Positions 18,368 through 28,984 of a stretch of 64,000 nt of DNA are shown here, in pieces. This DNA comes from a virus (taxonomy: Duplodnaviria; Caudoviricetes): the IMG/VR virus record IMGVR_UViG_3300031908_000001, positions 44,493 to 108,492 of that record. One strand, written 5' to 3'. How positions within the stretch are numbered: the first letter of the stretch is position 1; every line of letters begins with the position of its first letter. Position numbers and translations under genes: made by a program. Below the pieces are notes generated by a model that was not told the DNA's origin, ran no database searches, and saw only the letters and a list, made by a program, of their open reading frames with translations.

Positions 18368-18793
18368 TTATTTTTTTACAAAATAAACTACGTCCAAAAT
18401 ATTTGTTGTTACAAAAACTTTATGATGATGAATCTCAATTGTTCCACCATTTACTCTATAAAGAGAGTAGCCATTTAAATGAACCGGATCTCCTATTATA
18501 ACATAATGCCTATAATATGTGCCGGCAAGAAATATGTTGCCAGTCTCTTCATTGATACTTATTGAATTATCTTGCTTTCTTTCAAATACATTGAATCTTG
18601 AGATAGAATAATTTAATGAATCAATTATATAATCTGGATCTTCTTTACTGATTTTTGTAAAATCCCATTTCTGATAAATAAGAATTTTTTCTGATTCTAT
18701 CTTTGTTGTTTGGGCCACTGCTACATTAAGCATTCCCGTTATTAGTATTGCAAACAACAGAGATACAATAATTGTTTTTAAGTTACTTTTCAT
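18368..18793 (-). CDS. putative exported protein
   Basis: Signal-peptide-like N-terminus ending AVA/Q. Confidence 0.6.
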   Translation of the reverse strand: MKSNLKTIIVSLLFAILITGMLNVAVAQTTKIESEKILIYQKWDFTKISKEDPDYIIDSLNYSISRFNVFERKQDNSISINEETGNIFLAGTYYRHYVIIGDPVHLNGYSLYRVNGGTIEIHHHKVFVTTNILDVVYFVKK

Positions 18794-19116
18794 ATACTTT
18801 TAAATTTTATTAACAAACTACAAATACTTTTACTCCCCATCCAAGGGGCCAAAGCCAGCTTCTTTCTACTTGAATATAAGACTGTCTTTCACTTGTTCTG
18901 GTTGATTGATTATTTTCTTTATTCAAAATTAAAAATTGTTTCTCCTGAATCTATCTTTGGAGGTAAAAGCTGAGTGTGAGTCTTTGATATGATCTCTTTC
19001 CCTGGGTTGCTTTACTCCTCTGTTTTGCTCATTTTCCTTGATCTGATAATTGAGCTCATGATTTGTGCTGAATTTTAACATGATCTTTTCGGTTTAAGTT
19101 GATAAATTTCATTAAG

Positions 19117-19380
19117 TTACTTAACGGTTGAAAGCTTATTAAATACAGTAGTCCACTCATATCCGCATTTTGTTATCACTCTGCAAAATGGACCGTGTTG
19201 CTCTAACAAAGTGACCTCTATTAACTCTTCATTCTCTTCAAACTCTATAAGATAAATTTGTCCTATAAGGAGAATATCAGTTTTCTTATATCCATGTTTT
19301 TTATGAAAATAAGATTTAATTGACCACTGAATGGCTACTCCTGCTGCTATTATATAAAATAATTCTATAGGTACAAACAT
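19117..19380 (-). CDS. hypothetical protein with N-terminal transmembrane segment
   Basis: 87 aa, own promoter at 19398-19436. Confidence 0.6.
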   Translation of the reverse strand: MFVPIELFYIIAAGVAIQWSIKSYFHKKHGYKKTDILLIGQIYLIEFEENEELIEVTLLEQHGPFCRVITKCGYEWTTVFNKLSTVK

Positions 19381-19397
19381 AATCTTTATCGTTTAAT

Positions 19398-19436
19398 TAA
19401 AGGTAAATAAATTATTTTAATTATCAAAACTTTTAT
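19398..19436 (-). promoter_or_regulatory. Bacteroidota-type promoter with operator over the -33 box
   Basis: TACCTTTA (-7) and TTTG (-33) 19 nt apart; ATCAAAACTTTTAT at 19423-19436. Confidence 0.7.
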
Positions 19437-19504
19437 TATATTTTATTTAATTATTTAATAAAAAAGTAGGATTTAAATTATTTAATAAGCCTGAGATCGT
19501 TAAG

Positions 19505-20393
19505 TTACTTAATAGATTTTACATTCATCAGTTTCTTTAATCTCTTCTTCATTTTCCTTGGCATTTTTAATTTAAATGACGTAAGAGGATTTAAAAGATT
19601 ATCTGGAATCTGACAATAATTTTTAAAATCAAGAACATCTATTGCTTCTTTTTTGTCAAAAACAACTATTTCTTGATCAAAAGTTAATAAATGGTGAGTC
19701 ATGTACATTGCATTAATATGACCTGGATGTCCTAATAATACAATTCTCTTATCTTTTTCTTCCATGTTTATTTAAGAATTAACCAGTTGCTTTTTCTTTT
19801 TACCGATTCCGGCATTATTTCTTCTAATTGCTTAGAATACAAATCTTCTAATTTTCCAATGATCTCGAAGATCTCTACACCAGTATTTATTCTCTTTACC
19901 TCATAAGCGCCTCTTTCATTAAAAACAAGATACTGTATGAATCCTTTTCCGGCGATCATATTCTTTGCATTCCTGGGTACCTTCATGAAATAAATAACAT
20001 TGTCCACTGTCTTTCTACTTAACCTTACTTTGATTGCTGTCATAAAAAATCTTCATATTCTGTTCTGATTACCATATATTCATTAAATTCTCTGTCTCTT
20101 ATCCCTAACGCATGTGCTATAAATTTCAATGCTTCTACATGAGATTTTACATCTTTAATTAATCTCATCTCAGTTCCGCTATTAAAACATAATGTTGGAA
20201 ATGGTGCTATAATAAACCATAAATCACTTCCATCCAACTTTACCAGTTCTACGGCCTCTGCTTCGGATATGCTATTTAATTTTGGACCTTCGGTGTACGG
20301 TATTACTTCAGCATATACTGACAAGAAATGAATTATACACTTACCGGTATCTATGCCCTGAATTTTTCTAATATCTTCTTTTAGATGATTCAT
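19505..20393 (-). other. three hypothetical ORFs (19505-19765, 19768-20043, 20040-20393)
   Basis: Coupled co-oriented ORFs. Confidence 0.6.
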
Positions 20394-20744
20394 AGTTTTA
20401 TTACTATATATTTATCAAAGTCCTTTCTTGCAATTCCTCTACCCACTGCTTTCGAATATAAAAGATGTTCACACAAATCCTCTATTTTACAAGTTATATT
20501 TGCAGAATATAAATTCAACATTTGCCCCTCTGTTATTTTATCAATAAAACCAAGATATTCTGGACAATGGGTTTTAAAATAATGATCTGAGGTATCGTAT
20601 AAGACTTTATCATTTTTTAAAATCTGATATGTGTCACCCTCATGGATCGTTGTTAATTGACCAATTCCCCCAATAATCTTTCTATTGATCTTTAGCGAGA
20701 ATATATCCGGCTATTTTGATAACTGCTTTTGGATGGTATTCCAT
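20390..20744 (-). pseudogene. frameshifted hypothetical gene
   Basis: ATG at 20744 (TAATG-coupled) reads 20 codons to TAG; the +1 frame is open for ~107 codons and ends in an ATGA overlap at 20390-20393. Confidence 0.5.
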
Positions 20745-21052
20745 TAGTTCAATGAATTTAAATTTGGTTTTATCTTCTCCCACAATTCAAGTTGTACTTC
20801 AAGTACTTCTTCCTTGGTGACTATCTTTAGATTTTCTTTTTTTAAAAATTCAACCCTATTATCTAAACTTAGCTTTCTAAATTCCCAACCATTGGTATCA
20901 ACAGCATCTTCAAACTTTCTTTTATTTGGTTTACAGATTGCTACATCAAAACTCCAATCTCCCTTTTCACGATTATAAAAATCAAAATTAAGTCTTACTA
21001 CTATCATAACTTTTGAGCCATCCGGTCTCTTAAATATTTTTTCGTGTCTCAT
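20744..21052 (-). CDS. hypothetical protein
   Basis: 102 aa. Confidence 0.65.
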   Translation of the reverse strand: MRHEKIFKRPDGSKVMIVVRLNFDFYNREKGDWSFDVAICKPNKRKFEDAVDTNGWEFRKLSLDNRVEFLKKENLKIVTKEEVLEVQLELWEKIKPNLNSLN

Positions 21053-21204
21053 TGCTTTGTCGTTTTATCCTCTGTTGTGATTATCCAGACGCTGCCAACT
21101 TTCCTGGCCTTGATCTTTTCATTTACTATTTGCTTCTGTACGCCGGCACGTGTGAGGCCCTTTAATTCTGCGTACTGTGTTACTGTATATTCTTTGCTCT
21201 CCAT
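21049..21204 (-). CDS. small helix-turn-helix DNA-binding protein (excisionase/HTH_17-like; not in ORF track)
   Basis: Hand-translated MESKEYTVTQYAELKGLTRAGVQKQIVNEKIKARKVGSVWII; ATGA overlap with the next gene. Confidence 0.75.
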   Translation of the reverse strand: MESKEYTVTQYAELKGLTRAGVQKQIVNEKIKARKVGSVWIITTEDKTTKQ

Positions 21205-21398
21205 CTTTAGTTGCTTAAATGTTTAAATCTCTTCAGTTAACCTTTGAATATTCCATAATAAAGATTTTCAATAAATCCATAATGGTATATTTGACTATTA
21301 TAAAATGCCACCTTATCGTTAATTCTTTCATTTGGGTTTGTTATTTTTAACCAAAACTTTATGCTTTCTTTGTTGCTTATCATTGTAGTATGGGTTAA

Positions 21399-21638
21399 TT
21401 ATTTATTACTTTTCTTTATCAACTTTACAACTAGAGATTCAAGTTGTTCCACCACACTTACTGGAATATTGCTTTCATTTTTAGCAGTCCATTGTAATGG
21501 TGATGAAATTCCATTAATAATCGCAACCCTTTGATTTTTATAATACACATCTATTTGATCAACTGATTCACTTTTAAAGGGTTTAAATTTAAAAGTATTG
21601 CTGTCACTTATTAGACTTGGATTGATTATTTGTGTCAT
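21399..21638 (-). CDS. hypothetical protein, first gene after a promoter
   Basis: 79 aa. Confidence 0.6.
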   Translation of the reverse strand: MTQIINPSLISDSNTFKFKPFKSESVDQIDVYYKNQRVAIINGISSPLQWTAKNESNIPVSVVEQLESLVVKLIKKSNK

Positions 21639-21661
21639 TGAAGTATCGTTTAATTGTTAAG

Positions 21662-21730
21662 TAAAGGTAATGAGTTTCTAATTAGAAACCAAATTTATTA
21701 TAAAAGTTTTTATTACATTATTCTTACATA
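21662..21730 (-). promoter_or_regulatory. promoter cassette copy 1 (TACCTTTA, GTTTCTAATTAGAAAC palindrome, TTTG, ATAAAAGTTTTTAT)
   Basis: Near-identical to 33104-33172; perfect 16-bp palindrome at 21674-21689 in the promoter spacer. Confidence 0.75.
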
Positions 21731-21789
21731 ACAAAAATGGGAGACAAAATCTCCCACCTTTATTGATTTATTAACCCTTATTTACTGTT

Positions 21790-22606
21790 TTACCTTTTAT
21801 CAATTCTTTTCCCATTCCAATAATTGCCCCTTATTGTGAGATATACATGGCCTCTTTTAGTCTGATCAGAAATCCATCTCTCTGCTTGCCCCACCGTTTT
21901 AAAACCATCTATATATTTTTCATGTTTCCAACCAAGGCCAAATAATAATCTTAACCATGACATCTTGTACTCAGTCACGTAAAACTTTTGCATTCTGCCG
22001 GAGATCTTATATGCTCTCATAATTAATCAAAGTCATCGTGTTCGTGAGTATGATAATGCTTTGTTCCTATGTTTCCAATGCCCCAGAAAATTACTGCTAT
22101 CATTGCTAGGGTTCCAAAGTAGGTATAACCATTAGTAAATATAAATTTTAATACCTCTATCATATATTCTTTTCTTTAAGTTCTGCAATTAATTTTTCTA
22201 CTTTTGGCAACTGTGATTCCCAATCATTTGTATTAAGGTAAAATCTACCATCGTAACTTGGTTTATGAAGAGTATTTTTCTTCATAAAAGCAAATAAATT
22301 TTCTAAGTTACCAATTCTGGCATCATCTATAAAGCTCTCAAATCGATCTAATTGTTTTAGATCAAATTTAAGATCTTGAGCTCTGCTTTCAGTTTCATCT
22401 AGTGACAATTCGTTTAAATCTTTTTTAGCTATTTCCTGAATGGTGCATGTTGCAGCACAACCATAACACGTTCCCTCAGAATAATGCCCAAAAGTATCCA
22501 TTGCAACCTTAAAATCTTTTCTCTCAGACTGCCTCTTTAAGCCATCCACCATAAATTGCAAAGCCTTCCAGACCATGCCTTCACACTCTTTTCTTATACT
22601 TATCAT
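21790..22606 (-). other. hypothetical ORFs (21790-22020, 22160-22606)
   Basis: Co-oriented ORFs ending at a hairpin (TGGGAGA/TCTCCCA, ~21738-21756). Confidence 0.55.
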
Positions 22607-22617
22607 AAATCCTTAAG

Positions 22618-23127
22618 TTACTTATTTTCTTTACTCATTAATAAATTATAATACTCTTCATCTGTTTCACGAATATAATTCATTCTATCCTGAAAATCAA
22701 ACAATTGACTCATTATTTTTAAATCTCCACTGGCCCATTTATCGTGGCACCCTATCCTTCCTCCTATTGTTAAGCAATGATATCCTATATTGTTTTTATC
22801 TGTTTCCAGGTCCTTTCTTCTGCTCCTGGGTATTGAATGAGAATTGCTTAATGGAACTACTCCATCTGGCTCATGACATCCGGCACAAATATGCTCTCTC
22901 TCCTCTGCAATTTCCTTATAAACTTTTATCAGATCCTTATGAGCCTGTTTTTGCTTATTAGAAATCATTTTTGGCCTACTCCTTGCCATTATTTTACTCC
23001 TCTTGATAATTTGTATGTGTTTTGTCTTGCCCTCTCCTAAACGCTTATTATTGCATTTAGAGCATAATTTAAAATGAGCGTTTGATAATACCCCTACAAA
23101 ATTACATTCTGAGCAGTTTCCTATCAT
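22618..23127 (-). CDS. zinc-binding HNH/NinG-like nuclease
   Basis: CAGC...SHSIPRS...N....C.....GCH pattern; additional N-terminal CxxC pairs. Confidence 0.6.
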   Translation of the reverse strand: MIGNCSECNFVGVLSNAHFKLCSKCNNKRLGEGKTKHIQIIKRSKIMARSRPKMISNKQKQAHKDLIKVYKEIAEEREHICAGCHEPDGVVPLSNSHSIPRSRRKDLETDKNNIGYHCLTIGGRIGCHDKWASGDLKIMSQLFDFQDRMNYIRETDEEYYNLLMSKENK

Positions 23128-23390
23128 GACTTATCCATTAATTTCTTTAATACTGGATAACGCTGTCTTATTATTTCCCTGTCATCCACTTCTACTGCAC
23201 CTAATTTTATTGCCAATTGTTTCTTTTCCTTACAAACATCATAATGTGGGTGCGTTGGATGATCTTGAAACCATTTTCTCTTATGCCCTATCGCTTCGGC
23301 CATCTTGTGAAGCTCCTCAATATCCGGTGAGCTCATGTGACTCATTATCATTCTGCCAAACTTATACTCGCGTGTACCTACATAAACCAT
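23124..23390 (-). CDS. DUF4031-like protein
   Basis: MSHM...ELHKMAEAIGHKRKWFQ....HYDV...LAIKLGAVEV. Confidence 0.7.
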   Translation of the reverse strand: MVYVGTREYKFGRMIMSHMSSPDIEELHKMAEAIGHKRKWFQDHPTHPHYDVCKEKKQLAIKLGAVEVDDREIIRQRYPVLKKLMDKS

Positions 23391-23391
23391 A

Positions 23392-23547
23392 TTATTCTAC
23401 TTTAGTGGGGCTTACAGACTGCCATCTTTTTCCGGCTGCGGTTTTTCCGATATACAAAGTTGTCCCCCTTGGCGATGTGATTATATTTTCTACAGTGCCA
23501 ACTATTCCATTCTGACACATGGCCAGATCTCCTATTTTTACATTCAT
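23392..23547 (-). CDS. small SH3-like protein (not in ORF track)
   Basis: Hand-translated MNVKIGDLAMCQNGIVGTVENI..., 51 aa. Confidence 0.55.
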   Translation of the reverse strand: MNVKIGDLAMCQNGIVGTVENIITSPRGTTLYIGKTAAGKRWQSVSPTKVE

Positions 23548-24143
23548 ATAATTGATATCATTTGTAATAAATCTCTTATCTCCTCCATACTTTGAAATTT
23601 CTGATAAAGTCCGGTTGCATCAAAATTTGCCAGATCATTATTTGACCAGCAATATGGAACATAATTCGGATCCTCCATGCCTTCATACACAAACCATGCC
23701 GCAAGCTCTCCCTTATTTACTTTTACTGTATGAATGGTAGATGCATTCATTCCTATTACATCGCCTTGCTGTAGAATTTTTGATGAATTTTGAATTAATG
23801 ATCTGTCTATAAGATCAATTAAAGTAAATCCCATCTTTCCTGTTGTTATTTGAGACTGATAAAGCCACTTGGCCCTTGTTTCGACACTCTTTCCTGTCCT
23901 ATATGTGATGTTATTTATCTTTCCCCTCACTACTTCCAGAGTTAAATTACAATGGTGTGGATGAAGTGCCAAATTATCTCCCGCCATGTCATGATCTCTT
24001 TCAGCAATATAAAGCCTTACCGTCTGACCTGGAGAATCTATAAGCATGATTGAATGAAGTCCTTTCACATGACAGTTTTTAAGAGACTTATTTAATATAG
24101 TCTCCCAATTCTGTCTTAATAAATGATTTAACAATCCTTTCAT
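23544..24143 (-). CDS. cupin (double-stranded beta-helix) fold protein
   Basis: HPHH..LTLEVVRG and GDVIGMNASTIHTV metal-binding cupin motifs. Confidence 0.6.
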   Translation of the reverse strand: MKGLLNHLLRQNWETILNKSLKNCHVKGLHSIMLIDSPGQTVRLYIAERDHDMAGDNLALHPHHCNLTLEVVRGKINNITYRTGKSVETRAKWLYQSQITTGKMGFTLIDLIDRSLIQNSSKILQQGDVIGMNASTIHTVKVNKGELAAWFVYEGMEDPNYVPYCWSNNDLANFDATGLYQKFQSMEEIRDLLQMISII

Positions 24144-24361
24144 CTTCTTCTTAGTTCTTTAATTTGTTTCTTAAAATCAGAGCTTCCTCTATTCATTCTC
24201 CTCATCTCTCTTTCCATTTCTAGTGTGAATGGTGTGTTGCTGATATATTTGCCACATGAAGAATGATAGATCAAACCTGTACCTTGAAGCAGTTCTTCCC
24301 CTTGTCCATCAGAGCCTGTATAGAATGTTCCCATGCTCATATTATCCTTTGTTTTCTCCAT
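24140..24361 (-). CDS. hypothetical protein
   Basis: 73 aa. Confidence 0.5.
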   Translation of the reverse strand: MEKTKDNMSMGTFYTGSDGQGEELLQGTGLIYHSSCGKYISNTPFTLEMEREMRRMNRGSSDFKKQIKELRRR

Positions 24362-25397
24362 TTATTGTCTTTCTGTATTGGACAAATCCCCTGAAATTGC
24401 CTGACCAATGATTATTTTCATGTAATGCATCATATTTACTCATTGCCATTGCACAATGTTCAAATGGAGAAAAATGGCCCGATTGCATTAGTCTATCATG
24501 AAGCTTTATGTCTGCTTCATAATTTGCAGGCTTTCCTTCTTCTCCTACTACTGTATAACTTACACGTGCGCATCTTGCAGTTGCGATCTTAACTTTACCT
24601 TCAGTCATATATTGATCAAACTTCTCCTTGGTTCGATAACCTTCTACTTCACCTTCTGCAGGTCTAGTATTATTTAAATCTAATGCTCCAAATAATTTAT
24701 TTTGATCTATCTGATCTCCGAAAGGAATATGCCACTCTCCTGCTTTCAATAGTTTTGGCTCACTTTCATTATAAGCATCCCACATTTTCTCGGCAAGATC
24801 CATCATATGAATTTCTGCCTGAGCTTTGTTAAGTTGTAGCCATTCAAGATCTGATAATTTATCAACAGATCTTGGTTCAAAGATTTCAGTATTGTCAACT
24901 ATATCTTTCACCAAATCCTTTTTACTTCTAAATGCTTGAAGATTTCTTCCAATATATTGTGGACATCTTAATGCAAAGAAATTTTCCCACTCTGTCGCTG
25001 TAATCAATACAGTATGATAGGCAAAGGGTTCTAATAAGCGGTTGCAGAGTTGTTTACTTACTCCAGATTCTGATAAATGTTTTGCTCCAGCTATAGCATA
25101 TTTTCTATTGTCTTCCCACATCAGCTCTCTTACAGCTATATCATGATCACTTGTAAAATATTCAGTTCCTTGCATTCCTGGATGATCTTTTTGCCATGCT
25201 ATGGGAATAAATGGATTCTCTTCTACTGATTTCACCATCTTAACAAATGGGATTGCTCTGGATGATGCAGAATTCTTACTTAGCATTCTGTGAGTATTGA
25301 GTTCTGCCAATATAAATCTTGGGAAGGTAGCCATCATTGTTGTTAGTCGATTGCTGAACTCGTTTTTGCTATCTGCTATTATTTTTGCACTTATCAT
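24342..25397 (-). CDS. thyX: flavin-dependent thymidylate synthase
   Basis: ELNTHRMLSKNSASSRAIP (ThyX motif), KQLCNRLLEPF, ARCARVSY, HFSPFEH. Confidence 0.9.
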   Translation of the reverse strand: MISAKIIADSKNEFSNRLTTMMATFPRFILAELNTHRMLSKNSASSRAIPFVKMVKSVEENPFIPIAWQKDHPGMQGTEYFTSDHDIAVRELMWEDNRKYAIAGAKHLSESGVSKQLCNRLLEPFAYHTVLITATEWENFFALRCPQYIGRNLQAFRSKKDLVKDIVDNTEIFEPRSVDKLSDLEWLQLNKAQAEIHMMDLAEKMWDAYNESEPKLLKAGEWHIPFGDQIDQNKLFGALDLNNTRPAEGEVEGYRTKEKFDQYMTEGKVKIATARCARVSYTVVGEEGKPANYEADIKLHDRLMQSGHFSPFEHCAMAMSKYDALHENNHWSGNFRGFVQYRKTINGENKG

Positions 25398-25864
25398 AAT
25401 TTTTCGTCAAGTTGATTTTGATCGTAATCTTCTTCAAGTCCTTCAAACTTGTTATTATAAAATGGTTGAGAAGATTCTGTTTTCTCTCTTTCTAGATCAT
25501 AAAAATATTTATATTTACCAGACAATAGGTCATCTATAAATAAATTCATGCCTTTAATTCCCTTGTATTTTTCTTGAGTTTGAAAATCTTGAAAACAAAG
25601 ATTAGAAAAACTATACATTATCCTCCTTACATCTTTTCTGGTAAACTCTTTCTCCTCTGGTATTATCTCTTCTATCCACTCTTTGTCTGTCAGATATACG
25701 CAATTCCTATAAATGCCTGAATGAAATACTGCTGTCAGACCATATATAGTGTCTTCTACCTGATCTGTAGTTTCTCCAGCCTTAGTACCTGGAAGATCTT
25801 TTAGTAACTTATATTTTTTTGCTTTTTCCATGATTAATCTTCTGCTTCTTGTTTCTTTGGACAT
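25394..25864 (-). CDS. modular hypothetical protein (LLKDLPG module + FTRKDV module)
   Basis: Paralogous to the adjacent gene 25834..26364. Confidence 0.65.
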   Translation of the reverse strand: MSKETRSRRLIMEKAKKYKLLKDLPGTKAGETTDQVEDTIYGLTAVFHSGIYRNCVYLTDKEWIEEIIPEEKEFTRKDVRRIMYSFSNLCFQDFQTQEKYKGIKGMNLFIDDLLSGKYKYFYDLEREKTESSQPFYNNKFEGLEEDYDQNQLDEKL

Positions 25865-26364
25865 GGTTTAACTGTATCTTGAGTTACACAAGCAGTACAA
25901 TTTAATAGATTCTTAAATACTCCATTAGACCAATCTCCTTTTAATTTTAATCTTCCATGTTGATCAATTCCCACTACTTCAAATGGAGTTGAGGCTGCTT
26001 GGTGTAGTACAAAGTCCCCTATTTTGTATTGGATAGGCTCTTTGACTTTGTTTTCTTTTTCTTCTATAAAGGCATTCAATGTTGGTTGTAAGTGCTCATA
26101 TTTGCCAACATACGTCAACACTCTTCTTCCAAATTCTATCATATCCTGTCTTGTGAACTCTGGCTCTTCTATTTCTCTTACCCAGTCTGGACATTTTCTT
26201 CTATCCAGCGTTATGGTGTTTCCATCTCCACAATCTATAAAGGTAATATGAAAAGCCTCAACTCTTCCTTCATGTGTGATTGTAACATATTCTTCTGTTC
26301 TGGTTCCTTTTGGTATCCCTGGCAGATCTTTTAATAATTCAAATCTTCTTTTGCGTTGTTGCAT
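25834..26364 (-). CDS. modular hypothetical protein (LLKDLPG + FTRQDM + SH3-like)
   Basis: FELLKDLPG...WVREIEEPEFTRQDMIEF...YKIGDFV. Confidence 0.65.
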   Translation of the reverse strand: MQQRKRRFELLKDLPGIPKGTRTEEYVTITHEGRVEAFHITFIDCGDGNTITLDRRKCPDWVREIEEPEFTRQDMIEFGRRVLTYVGKYEHLQPTLNAFIEEKENKVKEPIQYKIGDFVLHQAASTPFEVVGIDQHGRLKLKGDWSNGVFKNLLNCTACVTQDTVKPCPKKQEAED

Positions 26365-26366
26365 AA

Positions 26367-26929
26367 TTAAAATTGTTGTAATGTTTCCAAATCATAATAA
26401 ACTATTCCTCCTAGTCCATTGGTACAGGAGAAGTAAGAATCTTGACATAAACTGTTTTCTGGGATCTGTTTAATCACTACTGCCACCCTTACGTCTGATT
26501 CATTTTCTAATTCCGGCAGTTCTGCATTTTGCGAATTACGAAAATTTGAAATAAAAGTATCATAGTCTTCTTTATTTAAATGAACTGAATGCACATTTAT
26601 TCCAGTTGTGGATAATTGATATGCTGCATCACCTATATTTCTCATAATTATTTTAATAATGATTCTCGTTCATGATCCTTCAACATCTTTTTGAACTTTC
26701 TTTTAACCAATAGATACACTATTTGTCTCTTGATCCATATTTTTATATCAAAAATAATTGCACAAATAAAAAATATGGCCGCAATAGAATTAAAAATTGG
26801 AATAAATGATAATACATAAAGTCCAGTTTCTTTTGCTCCTATATCTTTTCTCCATTTATTAGATGCAAAAACTACTACCGCTAACATGATTAGCGTTGAA
26901 ATAATATATATTAATTTAATCGTTGTCAT
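26367..26929 (-). other. two hypothetical ORFs (26367-26645; membrane protein 26648-26929)
   Basis: Coupled ORFs. Confidence 0.55.
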
Positions 26930-27049
26930 GTCTTTAGTTTAAAAATCTACACTGCAATAACGCCAGGAGCCTTGTTTCTCTGATTGAGCAGCATTTAAGA
27001 AGATGCTTATATCTCTCCGGCATCATTTCTATTTCCTGTACAATGTCTT

Positions 27050-27409
27050 TCATTGATTTAAAAGTTTTGCAAGCTCATTAGTTATATATCTGAATCCTTG
27101 AAATCCTTTCATTGGAATTGGATTCTTGAGCTCATGAAATTTACCACTTCTCTCAATAAATTTTCCTTTCCATTCATTCAGGGTTGTATAACAAACAAAA
27201 TCTTTTTCTGAGAAGCCTACGATCTCCATCCATCCTTTTATAAATCCATTGTGAATAAGATAGCAGCGAGCACCAATATTTACTTTTGGAAATCCATTCA
27301 CCTTAAAATTCATTACATAAGATCTATCTGCAACTGTATCGATCTCCTTCTGATAATCTTCCCACTTTACACTCTTTGGAATTGTAATGATAATGTTTGA
27401 TTCTGGCAT
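27050..27409 (-). CDS. ASCH/PUA-like domain protein
   Basis: GARCYLIH.G.IKGWMEI and C-terminal LKNPIPMKGFQGFRY, similar to the ASCH PxPxxGxxG motif. Confidence 0.55.
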   Translation of the reverse strand: MPESNIIITIPKSVKWEDYQKEIDTVADRSYVMNFKVNGFPKVNIGARCYLIHNGFIKGWMEIVGFSEKDFVCYTTLNEWKGKFIERSGKFHELKNPIPMKGFQGFRYITNELAKLLNQ

Positions 27410-27414
27410 AAATT

Positions 27415-27459
27415 TTAAGTTACTTAATGCAAATATAATAAAAACTTTGATAAGTCAAA
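27415..27459 (-). promoter_or_regulatory. promoter carrying both palindrome types
   Basis: TTAAGTTACTTAA at 27415-27427; TATATTTG at 27430-27437; ATAAAAACTTTGAT at 27438-27451; TTTG at 27456-27459. Confidence 0.7.
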
Positions 27460-27639
27460 ACATTTATTATTTATTTCCATCGTCCATCTCTATTGCCTCC
27501 TTCAGTCTATATATTTCTATAGGAGATACTTTAAGCTCATGCTCAGTCCCCTTTCTGCTTTTTACATTTTTAACTAAAAAAATTGCTGCATTTAATAGTG
27601 CTGCATATTTTTCTTCTATGTTACTCATCATCGTATGGA

Positions 27640-28984
27640 TTAAAAATTTCTTTTGATTGTTTCTATCAGTGGCCCAATTAAAGTGGAAAATACAAATAAC
27701 TGAAACAATAATACTGGAAGACCAATTATTCTAGAAATAGATTTTGGCAATCCAAATGCACATATCAGTAATATTATCGATAAAGACAATACCATCAGAA
27801 ATATAGATTGCTTCCTGCAATAGTTTACAACTTGTTCAAATTTCTTTTTCATTTTGGATATTTTTTTCGTTTGCTTTTCTTTCCCTGGATGTAGTAATAT
27901 CTTAAACCTAAGATAGGGCAGTAGTCGAATACCATGATGTTCATCTTAGTAAGTGGCCGCGTTTAGTAAAAACTTCTTGTCTGATTCTATCAACCATTTT
28001 GTAAAACTAGATCCATCTATTTTAAAATTGGTATCGTATATGGATTTCAAATGATATAATTCTTCATAATCATATGCATCATATATCTCATCAAATTCAA
28101 GTAAAAATGTTAAGCTCATATTATTTTAGTTTTAATCCTAAATATCTAATTCCTGAAGATTGATAATCCATATTCTGTCCACAAGTAGGACATTTAGGAA
28201 TTTCATCATCAAACATATTCCTGTCCTTAACCTCAACTGCAATATGACAAGCTTCAGGATTTGTCACACAATCAAATAAATGACAGGCAAAGATATATGT
28301 TTTTATAAATTCTCCAGCTCCAGTCTCCTTCGGTGGTTTGAGTATCGAAAATCTATTTTTCATATTATTTTACGTTTTTATCAAACCATTCATTGAATTT
28401 TGAATTTGTAAATGTTTCATCATTATATGCTTCCTGAAACAAGTCAAAACATATCTCTCTCACTTCTTCCCTGGTATAAGTTTTCTCTTCTTCTACTGGA
28501 GAATTTTCTGTAAGCAATTCTGCTGCTGTCTTGTTACATTTTTGAACTAGATCTGCTTCTGTCTTCTCTCTTATATCCTTCTCGTTTACAAAATACCATT
28601 GATTATTTCCATTCTTATCAATTCCTTCTGCAGTTATTGAATAGCCGCTATACTTCTTTGTGATATTATTAATAACTACCTCTGCCCCTATTGCAAACAA
28701 ATGACCAGAAGTTGTATCTATAATGATTACAGATTCCCCATTTCCAAATTTTGATTTATTTCTCATGGCCTTAGTCCTATTTTCTTTTTCTCTGAAGCTA
28801 TATGATCGAGACTGAAGGTAATGGACATTTTATAAACATCCAAGTTAAACCTCATTTTGTCGATTAATTCACCTCTTTTTTCGAGTAATTTTCTTTCTTT
28901 TTGCATTTTTCTAGTTGTTTTGTTTGAAATTATACCTTCTCTATGGTATTTACATTTGATAGCTTCACCTGGATTTTTGTCCAT
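27640..28984 (-). other. small hypothetical ORFs (27640-27852 membrane; 28121-28363 CxxC; 28365-28766 SH3-like+KTA+YTREEV modules; 28763-28984)
   Basis: Co-oriented short ORFs downstream of the promoter at 29427-29465. Confidence 0.6.
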
